From: the human T2T-CHM13v2.0 reference genome, Homo sapiens
Length of the DNA: 64,000 bases
Reading direction: 5' to 3' (one strand)
Assembly (NCBI RefSeq): GCF_009914755.1
Contig: NC_060925.1
In this document: piece after piece, positions 1 to 16,599 of the stretch
Layout: each line of letters begins with the position of its first letter
Numbering within the stretch: the stretch's first letter is position 1
The notes under the pieces: generated by a model
Seen by the model: the letters and a program-made list of their open reading frames with translations, nothing else
What the model was told of the DNA's origin: nothing
Database searches by the model: none
Translations under genes and position numbers: made by a program

Positions 1-1952
1 TGAACTTCCATGTGTGTATCTTTAATTTTAAAGATGAGATTTACAAAAAAAAATTTGGCAAGATTGCTGGACAAACCTAGTAAAATAATATTTGTCAAAA
101 CTTTGAAATGTTTTACAGCATGGTAGATGTTAGTATCATCAGTATGATGAAGTCATTATTCCTATCACAAAAGTATTTAATTGCCTCTTAAAGTAGAGAA
201 ATACAATATGTTATGTTTTGACATTATGGAAAAATTTAAAATAATGTTACTGCCAGTCTTTTCTCACTGTGGCATGGCAGCCATTTGCCATGGTAGACAT
301 TGCAGTATAAAAAGTAGAGTCATTTCTTTGAGTACACTAGCATAGTGATTTTTCCAAAATATTTCCAGATAGACTTTGCCAACTATAGATAACATATTTT
401 AAGAGAAAAATTGTAAAACAAATATAGAGATAATACATTACAGACATAATTTTAATTGAGAAATAAAGAGTAGGACATCTTGGCTATCTGTAACAATTGG
501 CAGGTTGTTATTGCTTGACTTGGAAATTATTGAATCAATTTACAACTCAGGTTGTATTTCCAAGGACAGTAGAAATCTGTAGGGATTTTTTAAAAAAATC
601 TGCAATAAATTATGCTTATTCTGCAAAAACTTAGTTAGAGGTTTTTATCTAAAATCTATTGTTTTGCCAGTTTGTCATTAGGTTTTATCTCGATTTAAAA
701 GCTAAATGAAATTACATTTTAGCATCCTAAAATGTAATTCTACCATCCCCTGTAAGACACAGAGTAGCACCCTAAATCTAGAAAATTAAGGCAAATAACA
801 AAGATTTCAAGACTATTTTTCAAATTTTATCAACTTTGTAAATTTCTTTAAATAGTTAACAAACTGGTATTGAAAACACTATTAATTAGTTCATTTTTTA
901 TTACAACCCACTCTCGAGATTCATCCTACTCCAAACAAAATATCATTATACATTGCTGATACATGTCTCATCTATATTTTGCATTTTGCATGTAACTCTT
1001 TGTATGACTGCCATTACAGTATGAACTTGTGATGGTGTGCAATACATCCTAGGTACCAGGCCATCTATTTCTTGTCTAAGAAAACAGGAAACTTTTTCTA
1101 AGTTTGTTGCAATAATTATGAAACTCCAGCATGGAACATCACAATACTTCAGGATGGGCCCAAGAATCTGCAGTTCAGCTAGTTTTCTCTGAACGTTTCT
1201 ACATCCGCATGGAGATTTAATCTTTCTTTATTCCATATTTCCCCTACCTTTATGTATGCAGTGTCAACTCTACTGCACTTATCTATATGAATATGGCTTC
1301 TCTAGTGGACTATGAGATATTTGAGGGAAAAAGCCATTTTATTCATATGGACTATTTGAAGAATAGCCAACACAGACTATGATACAAAGAATGTTTGGTG
1401 AAAGGTAGAATAAACTTACACAAATATAAATGTGTAAAGAATGACTAGAAATTTGAGGGTAACAGTACCAAAATATTGCAGAAATTGTAATGAGAATAGT
1501 ATATTTATGATATTATAAGCAAAACACACTATATTCTATTAGAAAATCTACATTGGGAAAATAGTGGAAAATATGCTTGGAATGATAAGCAGTGTTAGAT
1601 AAGATTGGGAAGAGCTTTGAATGCAAATCTGAAGAATTTTAACTTCAACTTATGCAGAAAGAAACTATTAATATTTATTGAAGGGAAAATAATAGCTGGA
1701 AAATAATATTATAAAAATATCTAATATGGCAAAATATATGTAGCATGATAGTGGGAGTTTAATTGAATAGTAAAGAAAACTGTTAGAAGCCATTGTCATA
1801 CCCAGGAATAAAGGGAAGATAGAATAGTGATATCATCAACTCTGGTGTTGTTTATTCCATATATACAGTTATATTTAGAGATAAAGTATGTCTGTAAACT
1901 TTACATGTACATTTTGAAGAGGTAAATCAGTTGCAGAAGCAATTTAAAATTA

Positions 1953-3985
<2,033 letters not shown>

Positions 3986-4700
3986 AAAATTATTTTTAAA
4001 TTAATCATCTTTTCTGTTTGAAAACTTACTTTAACATAAGATAGTGACATTTAGATCATGGCTACAAAATTTTATTCTAATATATTTTCTAAACTTTTGG
4101 GGCCAAAGTATATATATCATAAGAGCACATGAAATAAAATACTATCAACTTTTAAAGAATGAAAAGATGAAAAATTCTGGTTAATTTGCAAATTTAAAAT
4201 ACTTGAAGGCTCTTGAAGGATTGGAAATATTAAACAGTAACATTAGGATTATTTTCACTATTTACCTTATGTACAATAATTATGAAAACATGAAAAAAAA
4301 TTGTTAAAGTATGTTATTTAAGGAGAAAAAAGATAATAATCACTCATAGATTTGAGAAGTTGACAGTAAAGTAAAAAATAAAGTTTTCATTTATTTTTTT
4401 AAGTTGATGGATTTGAATATCATGCAATTGTTTATTTTAGAAAGAATGTGAGTACTTTCAGAGTGGTTAGAGGGGCTGTCTGCTTTGTTCATATCCCAAG
4501 AGTTATAAAGTGTATAGATAAATGTGTGAAAGAACTTACAGTTCAAAAGAGACTAAAGATGTAAATCAAAAATAAGGTAGGTAAGTTCTATGACACCCCT
4601 CCACTCTAGAGGAGATGAGAGCAGATAGTTGCAGAAACAAATGAATGAGTTTTAATAAGGGAAATAAATTTTTCTTTCTTTTATATAAAAGGAATTGAGG

Positions 4701-5009
4701 CTTTTATTTTTTTTTTATTTTTATTTTTTGTCAGAGTTTCACTCTTGCCGTCCAGGCTGTATTGGAATGGCGAGATCTCAGCTCACTGCAACCTCCGCCT
4801 GCTGGGTTCAAGCGATTCTCCTGCCTCACTTCCGGAGTAGCTGGGATTACAGGCGACCGCTACCATGCCCAGCTAATTTTTGTATTTTTAGTAGGGACAG
4901 GGTTTCACCATGTTGGCCAGGCTGTTCTCAAACTCCTGACCTCAGGTGATCCACCAGCCTCAGGCTCCCAAAGTGCTAGGATTACAGGTGTGCGCCACTG
5001 CAACCAGCC
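4701..5009 (-). mobile_element. AluS (Sq/Sp-like)
   Basis: T-rich tail, then GAGTTTCACTCTTG...CTAATTTTTGTATTTTTAGTAG...CAAAGTGCTAGGATTACAGG; full dimer. Confidence 0.95.
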
Positions 5010-5067
5010 TAAGGCACACTTAATAGCATTGGGTGTGTTATGTTGAGATAATTAAATAAGTAATTGT

Positions 5068-6120
5068 ACTCATGCATTGCTTAATGATGATCACTATATT
5101 CAGAGAAATACGTTTTTATGCAATTTTGTCACTGTGCAAATATCATGGATTGTACTTAACATCTAGATAGTGTAGCCTACTACACACCTGGGCTGTATGG
5201 TATTACTGTTCCTAGGCTACAAACTTGTATAGCATGTTACTGTACTAAATAATGTAGGCAATTGTAATACAATGGCAAGTGTTTGTATATCTAAACATAT
5301 CTAAACATTAAAAAAGCTACATCTCAAGGTATCCAGAGAGATGCAACCAATAGAATATATGTATATATAAAAGTGCATTTATTAGGGAGAATTGGCTCAT
5401 AAAATTACAAGTCAAATTCCTGTGATAGGTCATCTGCAAGCTAGGGAAAGAGAAAAGCCTGGAGTGGCTCAGTCTGAGTCCAAAAGCCTCCAAACCAAGG
5501 AAGCAAACGATGTAGCCCTCAGTCTGAAGCTGAAGGCCTGAGAGCCCTCGGGAGGCTGCTGGTGCAAGTCCCAGAGTCCAAAGGCCGAAGAACCTGGAGT
5601 CTGATGTTCAAGGGCAGGAGAAACAGAAGCAAAGTGTCCAGCAAGAGAAGAGAGAGAATGAGTGGGAAGACTCAGTAAGCTGCTTCTCCCACTTCTGCCT
5701 GCTTTTTTCTACCCATGCTGGCAACTGATTGGATGGTGCCCACCAATCTTGGGGGTGAGTCTTCTTCCTGTCCCAGTCCGCTGAATCAAATGCCAATCTC
5801 CTCGGGCAGCACCCTCATAGACAATCTCAGAAACAATGTTTCACCAGCCACCTAGGTATCCCTCAATCCAGTCAAGTTGACACGGAATATTATCCATGAC
5901 AATCAGGAATTGAGTGGGGAATGAATGCGAAGGCCTGGGACATCACTTTGCACTACTATAGACTTTATAAACACTGTACATTTAGGCTTCACTAAATTTA
6001 TTAAAAAATTAAATAATTTTGCTGCATCTTATAATGGCTACAATGTCACTAAACAATGGAAAGTTTTCAGTTCCATTATAATATAGGACCACTGTCAATA
6101 ATGTACGGCGTCTGACTGTA
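5068..6120. mobile_element. Tigger3/MER7 (Golem) DNA transposon, split by an MLT2 LTR (pieces ~5068-5320 and ~5902-6120)
   Basis: TAGCCTACTACACACCTGGGCTGTATGG...CCTAGGCTACAAACTTGTATAGCATGTTACTGTAC on the left and GACTTTATAAACACTGTACATTTAGGC...TGACTG-TA on the right match my recall of the Tigger3 consensus. Confidence 0.8.
5321..5901 (-). mobile_element. MLT2 (ERVL) solo LTR
   Basis: GAAGAACCTGGAGTCTGATGTTCAAGGGCAGGA, CTGATTGGATGGTGCCCACC and CAATCCAGTCAAGTTGACAC are typical of MLT2A/B. Confidence 0.88.
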
Positions 6121-7448
6121 TATGACAACAAAATATGTGACAGACCAAGAGAAAAGATAAGAGTTACACAGAAGTACTTGTTTGAAAACATTTCAGACAT
6201 GGAGAAAGTATCCTGATTTGAAACTTTGGGTGTGGAACAGATTCATATGTGTTGTAATATTAACTGACTTAATTGGAAGGAATCTGGAATTGAGGTCAAA
6301 GAGTTAAGAGGCCAAGAAATTAATGGTATGGCATCATATATCAAATTACGGAAAATTATAATTCCTGTGAGCAACTATTCTTTTACCTTTTTAAGCTATT
6401 TTGGTAAATAAGATATTTTATCAGAGCTAAAAATTACTTTAAATATTACTTGGCCATACATACAAATCAGATTGGCCTCTTATAGACTTTTTCGGAGGTC
6501 AGGGGTACAAATTTCCTGCCAAGATGGGCATAACTCATGGATCTAAGGATATAGAATTCCCTGACTGAAGAAGGACAGAGACAACCTCCTAAGAGTTTAA
6601 GTCTTTAATGGTAGAACAGATATGCAGATTGAGTGGTATACAGCACTAAAAAATCTGACAACATACTCGAGAGAGAAAGGCTTTGAATACCTGCTGATAA
6701 AGTCAGTTTTGTCATCCAGATTTGGCCTCTTCGTTGGGATTTTTATCCCAACTGGAATAATTATTATTCATTGAACCAGAATATCCATAATTAATATTTA
6801 ATAAATATTTATAGTAAAAATTTTATATTACCATTCCTTTTACCAAAGGAATTGAGATTATAATACTTAAATAATCAAATAGAAACTGAAGAAAGAGAAA
6901 ACATGCAAAGGTTTATGTAGAAGAAAACTAGCATTTATTAGTACATTTTAACAGTATCTGATTTTAAGGCTCTTCATTTTTTTGCACATTACTTAAAAAG
7001 ATTCTGGAAGTTTATTTATCATCATTTAAAAAAGATTTTTATTGGTTTTAAAATGACAGATATCATTCATTGAAAGCAATGTGTATCCTTAGGTTGCACT
7101 GTACGATGGTTACCTTTAAAATAATGTATTTCTTGAAAAGTATGTATATATGAGAAACGTAGATAGAGATGTACGTGTACATATATTTGTTAGTTTTTCT
7201 GTTTATCTATCTAGAAATTCATGCCATAATATTTCACTACAATAAGAAGAGTAGAAATAAAATCAATTTTTGAAGCTTTCAACACGGAAGTGGGTTCATT
7301 AGGTGGAAGTATACCATACTGAATGAGAGACTATTGACACACAGATTCCTGGTTCATAATGACACACGAGAACATTTATGAATGGTTGGAACAGAAGTTC
7401 CTTCAGGTGAACACACTGAACTAAATTTTCAACTAGAAAAGTATTTAC

Positions 7449-8430
7449 CTGTGCAGAAGCTCTTTAATTTAATTAGATCTCACTTGTCAATTTTTGCTTT
7501 TGTTGCAATTGCTTTTGGCAGCTTTGCCATGAAATTTTTACCAGTGCCTTTGTCCTAAATAGTATTGCCTAGGTTGTCTTTGAGGGTTCATATAGTTGTG
7601 AGTTCTACATTTAACTCTTTAATCCATCGTGAATTAATTTTTGGACATAGTGTAAGGAGGGGGTCCAAGTTGTAATCTTCTGCATATGGCTAGCCAGTTA
7701 TCCCACATCATTTATTGAATAGGGAGTCCTTTCCCTGTTGCTTTTTTTTTTTGTCAATTTTGTCAAAGACCAGATAATTGTAGATGTGTGATCTTATTTC
7801 TGCATTCTCTCTTCTGTCCTTTGGCCTATGTGTCTGTTTTTGTACCACTACCATGCTGTTTTGGTTACTTTAGCCCTGTAGTATAGTTTGAAGTTGGGTA
7901 GTGTAATGCCTCCAGCTTTGTTCTGTTTGCTTAGGATTGCCTTGGCTATTTGGGCTCTTTTTAGGGTCCTCATGAATTTTAAAATAGGATTTTCTAGTTC
8001 TGTGAAGAATCTCAGTGGTAGTTTAATAGGAACAGCAATAAATCTATAAGTTGCTTTGGGCATTATGGCCATTTTAATAATATTGAATCTTCCTATCCAT
8101 GAGCGTGGAATGTGTTCTCATTTGTTTTGTAGTTCTCTTTGTATAGGTCATTTACCTCCCTAACTGTATTCCTTGATATTTTATTCTTTGTGAAGCAAGT
8201 GTGAATTGTATTTCATTCCTGATGTGACTCTGAGCTTGCTTGTTCTTGGTGTATAGGAATGTCAGCTAGCTATTTTTGCACATTGATTTCATATCCTGAG
8301 ACTGCTTAAGTTGTTTATCAGCTTAAGAAGCTTTTGGACTAAACCTATGGGGTTTTCTATATACAAGATCATGTCATCTGCAAACAGGGATATTTTGACT
8401 TTCTCTCTTCCTAGTTGGATGCCCTTTATT
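7449..8430 (-). mobile_element. L1PA13-16-like LINE-1, inverted 5' segment (ORF2)
   Basis: Minus-strand ORFs [26 protein letters not shown] and [23 protein letters not shown]. Confidence 0.92.
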
Positions 8431-8432
8431 TG

Positions 8433-9394
8433 TTCAGAGTAAACAACATGCAGAATGGGAGAAATTTTCTGCAAACTATGTATCAAACAAAGGTATAAGG
8501 TCCAGCATCTATAAAGAACTTAAACAAAGTTACAGGAGTAAAAGCAAACGACCTTGTTAAAAAGTGGGCAAAGGAGATGAAGAGACACTTTTTAAAAAAG
8601 ACATACATGAGGCCAACAATCATATGAAAAAAAGCTCAACAACATCACTGATCATTAAAGAAACACAAGTCAAAACCACAATGAGACACCATCTCACACC
8701 AGTCACAATGGCTACTTCTAAAATATCAAAAAATAACAGATGCTGGTGAGGTCGTAGAGAAAAGGGAACACTTCTTTTGGTGAGAATGTAGATCAGCTCA
8801 GCTATTGTGGAAGACAGTGTGGTGATTCCTCAAAGACCTAGAGACAGAAATACCATTTGACCCAGCAATCCCATTACTGGCTATATACTCAAAGGAATAG
8901 AAATCATTCTATTATTAAGATACATGCACACGTATGTTCATTACAGTATTATTCACAATAGTAAAGACATGGAATCAACCTAAATGCTCACCAATGATAG
9001 ATTGTATAAAGAAAATGTGGTATATATACACCATAGAATACTATGGATCCATGAAAAGAATGAGATCAAGTTCTTTGCAGGGACATAGAGGGAGGTGGAG
9101 GCCATTATTCTTAACAAACTAACACAGGAACAGAAAACCAAATACATGTTCTCACTTATAAGTGGGAGCTAAATGATGAGAACACATAGACACATAGAGG
9201 GGAACAATACACACTGGGGCCTACTGGAGGGTCAAAGGTCGGGGGAGGGAGAGAATCCGGAAAAATAACTAATGGGTACTAAGCATAATACTTGGGTAAT
9301 GAAATAATCTGTACAATAAATCCCCATTGTACAAGTTTATCTATGTAACAAACTGCACATGTAACCCTTAACTTAAAATAAAAGTTAAAAAAAA
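8433..9394 (+). mobile_element. L1PA13-16-like LINE-1, sense 3' segment with poly(A)
   Basis: ORF2 C-terminal fragments; 3'UTR GGAAAAATAACTAATGGGTACT...GAAATAATCTGTACAA...TTAAAATAAAAGTTAAAAAAA. Confidence 0.92.
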
Positions 9395-9684
9395 GAAGGA
9401 AAATATTGAGCCTGGGTCATGCAATCTGGAGAATACAAGTTATGAGTGAAAGATCTGCAACTATAAGAGACAGAATTATCCAGGAGTCAGAATTTGGGGC
9501 ATACAAAATGAGTACTAAATGAAACTCTCCAAGACATAGAGGAGTGGTTAAATGATAGGATAAAGAAAATAAAAGCCCCAAATCAGGAAGTCAAATAGAC
9601 GAAGAAAATGTTAGTTATTTAGAGACATGATGTAAGTTTTGGTCTTTGAGACAAGGGTCAAGAGCATCTCTATCTGAAGTACGG

Positions 9685-9850
9685 ATTAGTGATTGAAACA
9701 ATAGGTTCTGAAGTGAGACATTCAGAGTTTGAATTCTGACTCCTGGGTGACTTAATTAACTTCTCTGTCATGCCTCAAGGGGTTGCTGAGAGAATTAAAT
9801 AAAATAATTTGTGCATATTAAATATTTTAAAATATCTATTATTACTATTA
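9685..9850 (+). mobile_element. MIR SINE (degenerate)
   Basis: GAGTTTGAATTCTGACTCC...TAACTTCTCTG...GGGTTGCTGAGAGAATTAAAT core and ATT-rich tail. Confidence 0.65.
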
Positions 9851-11463
9851 TTGTTAACTGCCTCATCTTGTTTTTAATAGGAAATCTCTTGGTGGAGCTC
9901 AGATAAAGAGTAAGACTTTTAATTGTAACCTTTCTCAAAGTAACTGACTTCATAATATTTCTCCCTATTTCTTTTCACACAATTTTCTTCCTGAAGAAAT
10001 GGAAAGAGCACTGGACTAGAAAACTAAATGAAAGCTTGCCCTCTAAACTATCTGAATGACTAACCTTGAACTTGAAGGCTGTGATTCTTTGATTACATTT
10101 AAGACAGACAAAATTGACCCAAGTCTCAGATTCTTATAGGTTAACCTCTTCTGGAAAGTTTCTCAAATAAATAAGACAGAGAATTGCTTTTCAAAGATCT
10201 CTGCTAGATTTTTCCTGCCTGTAACATTTAAAATACATATTGCTGGCGGCAGCTAAATGAGAAAAACATTGAAAATATATGGTATTAAGATAGTCATTAT
10301 TCTAAGAACCTCATTTATCTGAAACCACATTATCTGAAAACCTCTGCAAAAATGAATTATGCATTTATCTTAAAACAACAACAGAAAAGGATTTTGTCAC
10401 ACTATGGCGTACAATTTTTAAGATAATCTTCCGTAGTATTTTTTTCTGTGTGACTATGGAGATCAATAACATAAGAAAATAGAAGAGTTTGGCATGCAAA
10501 TTAATTTTTAAAACTAATATGGATGAAATAATTATATGAGTATAATTATATGATGTTGCATTCTTTCTTCATGGAGTGACATTTGATGAAATGAGTGCTA
10601 CAGTAATTAAATTTGTCAGCACTGTCAAAAACAAGAGTAAATAACTCTGAATTTGGCAGTGTTTGGCTGTATTTTTTTGGATAGCCACCTTTAAGCTTAC
10701 TTTATTTTTTTCTTTTTCCTTTCTTCTTCTCTCTCCTTCCTCTCTCTCTCTCTTTCTTTTTATTGATTTTCAACCATAAATCTCACTTTCAATTTCTAGT
10801 TAAATTAGATCTAATGTACAATTACATTAATTGTCCTAGTTTACATGGATTGGATTGGAGTCTTTTGGAAATAATATGTTATGCTCAAAAGAAGCTATAA
10901 AAATTTAAATTCCTGTGAAGAAAAATCAAACCAGGTTTTCTTTATTAACATCCTTCAATATGCAACATATTGATAGCTGTCTATCTTTGTATCTCTGTAG
11001 CATTGTTTGTACCTATCATTTTGGAATATATTGTAAAGCCTTCTAAAATGACCACAGATGCCACAAGTTGTAAGATGATTATTTTACTTGGATCTATAAG
11101 TTCTAAACACTGAGTATGTAATCTCATAATTTTTGCTTATTTAATGAAAATATAGTCAGCTAACAGATTTGTGAATTTCCAGTACAACTCAGAATTTGGG
11201 AAAAGCTATTTCAAACTGTTCAGTAAAATACGTAATTAATAGTAGTTCTTATTTATTGGCAAATTATATGAGCAAGAAATAGCAGAATAATGAATACGAA
11301 AGCATATTTGATAAGCTAACCACAGCTACTGACCTCCCAGCTGGCACTGATTTTTATAGCGCCTATTCCTGGGAAAATGAAATGAGATTTGGGTCAATAA
11401 GCTTCCTGAATTCTTTGGAGGCATATATGATAAAGGGACACATGTGCCTTCTCTTTAAAATAG

Positions 11464-11804
11464 TTTTTTAATTTAATTTAATTTTATTTTATTATTATTA
11501 TACTTTAAGTTTTAGGGTACATGTGCACAATGTGCAGGTTAGTTACATATGTATACATGTGCCATGCTGGTGTGCTGCACCCATTAACTCGTCATTTAGC
11601 ATTAGGTATATCTCCTAAAGCTATCACTCCCCCCTCCCCCCACCCCACAACAGTCCCCAGAGTGTGATGTTTCCCTTCCTGTGTCCATGTGTTCTCATTG
11701 TTCAATTCCCACCTATGAGTGAGAATATGCGTTGTTTGGTTTTTTGTTCTTGCGATAGTTTACTGAGAATGATGATTTCCAATTTCATCCATGTCCCTAC
11801 AAAG
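11464..11804 (-). mobile_element. 5'-truncated L1PA3/PA4 3' end
   Basis: TTATTATACTTTAAGTTTTAGGGTACATGTGCACAATGTGCAGG...CATGTCCCTACAAAG is the reverse complement of a young L1PA 3' end. Confidence 0.95.
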
Positions 11805-12178
11805 CATTTATTACAAAATATTTTCCAACGTGTGAGTTTTAGAAATGAAGTAATGAGATGCTAGTATGGGATCATAATTTTGCCTGCTGAAATAGAGATG
11901 GAAATTACTGCTAAGAGCAAGGAAAAGCAAGGAAATTGCTACTTCTGAAGTTACCTTTTGCCTTATGTTTTTCTAGAAGCAAAATTAATGTAAAGGTGAA
12001 GAAGAAAATAGATATGACTTAAAAAGCCATTGTCCTCGCTCTGAGCAAGCTTAACCTGTTCATCGCAGTTCTTCCAATCTCCAGTCTTTTACCAGAAGGG
12101 ATGCTACAATTTGAAATATTACAGTTGCCACTGAGAAAGGATTCTATATAAAAAAGTCATTGATTAAATCCACAAATT

Positions 12179-12471
12179 GGCTGGGTGTGGTGGCTTATGC
12201 CTGTAATTCCAGCATTTTGGGATGCCAAGGCGGATGGATCATATTAAGTCAGAAGTCTGAGACTAGTCTGGCTAACATGGTGAAACTCATCTCTACTAAA
12301 AATACAAAAATTAGCCAGGCGTCATGGTGCACACCTGTAGTTCCAGCCACTTGGGAGGCTGAGGCACAAGAATCACTTGAACTCATGAGGCAGAGGTTGC
12401 AGATAGCTGAGATTGTGCCACTGCACTCCAGCTTGGGGGAGAGTGAGATCCTGTCTCAAAAAAAAAAAAAA
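12179..12471 (+). mobile_element. AluS
   Basis: Full dimer with poly(A); TSD AAATCCACAAAT at 12166-12177 and 12472-12483. Confidence 0.95.
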
Positions 12472-12820
12472 AAATCCACAAATCTACTTATATAGCCAAG
12501 GATCTCTCTCACACACGCCATTGGTAAGTCATGCCTCCTGAGGTTCACACTCATTTGGTCTTTCTCTTTTAAATAATTTTATCCCTTCCCTTGTGGGTTC
12601 AATGATACCCTCTGGAGCCCAGATGTCCCTATTTCTCAGTGGTTTTTACATAAGAATCAATGAATTGAGATAGGTTGATTCTCTAGTGCAATAGCATCAT
12701 TGTTGTTCCTTTGCATCTATCAGGATCACCACAGAAAATAACAGACACAATAGAGGAAAAGTAGTCCTGTAGTAAAGCTAACCAAGATTTGCCATAATAT
12801 AGCTTTAAAATACTAAAAGA

Positions 12821-13112
12821 GGCCAGGAGCAGTGGCTCACAATTGTAATCCTAGCACTTTGGTAGGCCTAGGCATGAGGATCGCTTGATTCCAGGAGTTT
12901 GAGACCAGCCTGGGCAACACTGTGAAACCCCACTTCCCCAAAAATGAAAAAAATTAGCTGGGCATAGTGGTGCACACCTGTTGTCCCAGTGACTAGAGAG
13001 GCTGAGGTAGGAGGATTGCTTGAGCCTGGGAAATCGAGGCTGCAATGAGCCATAATTGCACCACTTCACTTCAGCCTGGGTGGCAAAGTGAGGCTATCAC
13101 AAATAAATAAAT
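12821..13112 (+). mobile_element. AluJ
   Basis: J diagnostics GAGGATCGCTTGA and GAGGCTGCAATGAGC; (AAAT)n tail; TSD AAATACTAAAAGA at 12808-12820 and 13113-13125. Confidence 0.93.
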
Positions 13113-14392
13113 AAATACTAAAAGATCCAGCTGATGCACAAGCAACTGAATTGCCTTCTGAAACAGAATTCTGCACTTTTTAAAAGGAAGAATTGACATT
13201 TAGATCATCAGCAATTTAATATATATAAGGTCCAGTATTCAATAAAAGTACTAGATATCCAAAGAAATAAAATAATGTAAATCATAACTGCAAGAAAAAT
13301 CAGTCAATAAAAATTGGCACATAAATGATTATGATGAAATCAGTAGAAATTGCTTATGCTAGAGAATGTAAAAGTAAACATAGACAAAATGAGCCGAGTT
13401 AAAAATAGGGTAAAAAGAATAAATGAAATTCCAAGAGCTGAAAGGAACCTTATCATAACAACAAACTAAAGATGAGTGAAAATGAAGACATAGCGATAGA
13501 AACTATCCAAAATAGAGATAAAAATAATCTTAAAACAAGAAATACGCTCTCATTGACCTGTAAAACTATATCAAGTGCAGTAATATATATGTAATGGAAC
13601 AGCAAAATAAGAGTATTATAGAAATATTTGAGGAAATAATTATCAAATGTTTTCCAGTTTTTTTAATCAGAATTACACATTCACAGTTCCAAGAAACAAA
13701 CTAAAAAAAAAAAAAGAAAAGAAAAAGAAAAGGAAAAAAAACTTTGAGCAAGAGAAACAAAATCAAAGCCCTAACAAGTATATCAAAATCAAATTATTCA
13801 AAACCAATAATAGACAACATTTAAAACAATAAGAATTTTTAAAGAGAAGAAATGTAAGGCATAATGTAATACAGATACAGACTTCTTAGAAACAATACAA
13901 ACAAGACAACAATAGAATGAAATTTTAAAATTGAGGAAAGAAAAAAAATCATCAGCCTAGAGTTCTATATATAGATAAAATATTTTTTTTTAAAAAAAGA
14001 AAAATTTTTTTTTGAAAAGCAAAAGTTATGGGAATTTACCCCACTGCAAACTATAAAAAAATTAAAGCAATTTTGAAAAAACTGAAACAAAGAATAAATC
14101 AAATGGAAACATGAATTTACATTTAAAAAGGACAACAAATGATAAAAATGAAAAATATATATTATTCAAATTATTTAAACAATTGAATGTTTAAAACAAA
14201 AGTAATAATGAAGTATTGTGAAAAATATAGCACAAATAGTAGTAAAGTGTATGACAACAACAAGACAAAAGATGAGAGAAGGTAAGTGAATGTGTACTTT
14301 TGTATATTTTTCACAGTATAGATAAAGTGCTACATCATTGTGAAAAAGTCAATTTTGATAGGCTAGACATAAATATTTTAAACCTAGGTTAA

Positions 14393-14394
<2 letters not shown>

Positions 14395-14423
<29 letters not shown>
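14395..14423. repeat. (CA)n microsatellite
   Basis: Pure ACACAC run. Confidence 0.95.
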
Positions 14424-14425
<2 letters not shown>

Positions 14426-16599
14426 TAAGGTCTAACTAATAATTAAATAGAGGACATGAAATATAGTTAGATTCAATTAAAAATGTTCAATTTATCTATA
14501 TATAGAAGGTAGTAAATGGGAATAAAACAGGAGAAATAAAATATGGGAGAAAGGGAAAATAAATAGCAATATTGTAGATGTATCCAAAATACATTGATAA
14601 TAGAGTAAATATACATGATTACTCCAAATAAAACACATATCGTCAGAATGAATAAAAGCGTAAGACAAAACCAAATGCTTCCTATAAGAAATACTCTTTA
14701 AATAAAAAGACTCAGGTAGATGGAAAGTGAAAGGATGAAAAATATGTATTAGTCAAATACTAATCATAAGAAAGCTGGAGTGGTAATTATGATAGCAGAC
14801 AGAATAGATTTCAGAACAAAAAATATTATCAGAAATAAAGATGGACTTTTTAATGAAAAAAATAGCCTATGTATAAATAAAACATAAAAATACTAAATGT
14901 TTATGTACCAACAAATTCAAAATACATGAAACAAAAAGTGATAGAACTCACAAATTACAGTTTGGTTTGAATTTCAACACTCTTCTCAGAAAATGAGATC
15001 ATGGGTAGACAAAAAATCAGTATGATACAGAAGAATTGAACACTGCAGTCAACAAACAACCTATTCGACATATATATAAGACTCGACTCCACAGTGACAC
15101 TTCTATGTCATTTTCAAGTCCATGTGGCACATTCACAAAGATGGGACATAAAACGACTCTCAATAAAGTTTAAAACATTAACATCATATAGAATATATGT
15201 TCTAACTGAAATGGAACTAAATTATAAATAAGCAAAATAAAACAATTGGAAAATCCCCAAATATTTGAAAATTAGCAATACATTAATGGGACATTATCTC
15301 TATTCTCTCTAAATTGATTTAGACATTCAACACAAGCCCAATCAAAAGCTGGTTGGAATTTTGTTTTTGGTAGAAATTGGCAAGTCGATTTTAAAATTTA
15401 TTTGGAAATGGAAATGATCTAGAACAGCCAAAAACAATTTTAAACACTATTTAATAGTTAATTTTCAGCTACTTTAAATTGTACAGTGTGGTACTGGTGT
15501 AAAGGTAAACATGTAAAGAAATGTACAAATCAATGAAATAAACTAGAGCATCAAAAAATAATGTGTGTTTGTGCATGTATGTGTGTGTGCGTGTGTGTGT
15601 ATGTGGTTTTCACAGTGCCAAAGAAATTCAAATAAAATCATGATATTTTCTTTAAATGATGATAACAAAACTGGATATCCATATGAGAAAAATGAACCTC
15701 AAAATGATCAACTTCACACCATATACAAAGATTATTTTGAAAAGAATATTATACCTAAATAAAAAGTTCAAGCTGTAGGCTTTCTAGAAGAAAATATAAA
15801 GGCAAATTATTGCCATATTGGTTTTATCAGGAATTTTTCAGATCAGAATTAAGCAAAATTCAAAATAAAAAATGAACGAGAATATCAATACTGAAAAATT
15901 TCTAATCACCAAAGATAACATTAAAATGTGTAGACAATCACAGACTGGAAGAAAATGTTTTCCGTTTTAATATTTTCATTTTCATTTTCTATTTGACTAA
16001 TACTTAGTATCCAAAATATGCAAAGACCTTATAATTTAATAATAAGAGAAATTGACCATTAAAAGTTTGGCAAAAGGTTTGAACAGACATTTAAAAAAAG
16101 AAGATAGCCAAAAGTAGGTGAAAAACAGTCAGCATCATGAGTTTTCAGGAAAACAAAACTGAAAATCGCAATTAGATACTGTTAAACATCCACAATACTG
16201 AGTTCTGGGAAGTATGTGCAGGAACTGAAACTCGCATACATTGTTGATGAAACCGCAAAATGGTAAACCATTTGGGAATACAATTTGGCAGTTCTTATAA
16301 GGTTAAAAATACATTTAATATATGACTCAGGAGACATTTACCGCATACATTTACTATATTTATTTAATAAAAAAAGTCAGACAAAATATTTGTGTAAGTC
16401 TTATAGTAGCTATATTCATAAAAACCCTAGGCTAGAAACAATTTGGATATTCATCAACAAATGAATGCATAAACAGATTGTGTCTTATCTGTGAAATAAA
16501 ATACTAAAAGGAGCCAATTATGTATACACAGAAAAATAGATGAATTTCTGATATATTCTGCTGAACAAAAGAAAGCCAGACCCAAAAGAGTCCTGTGTC

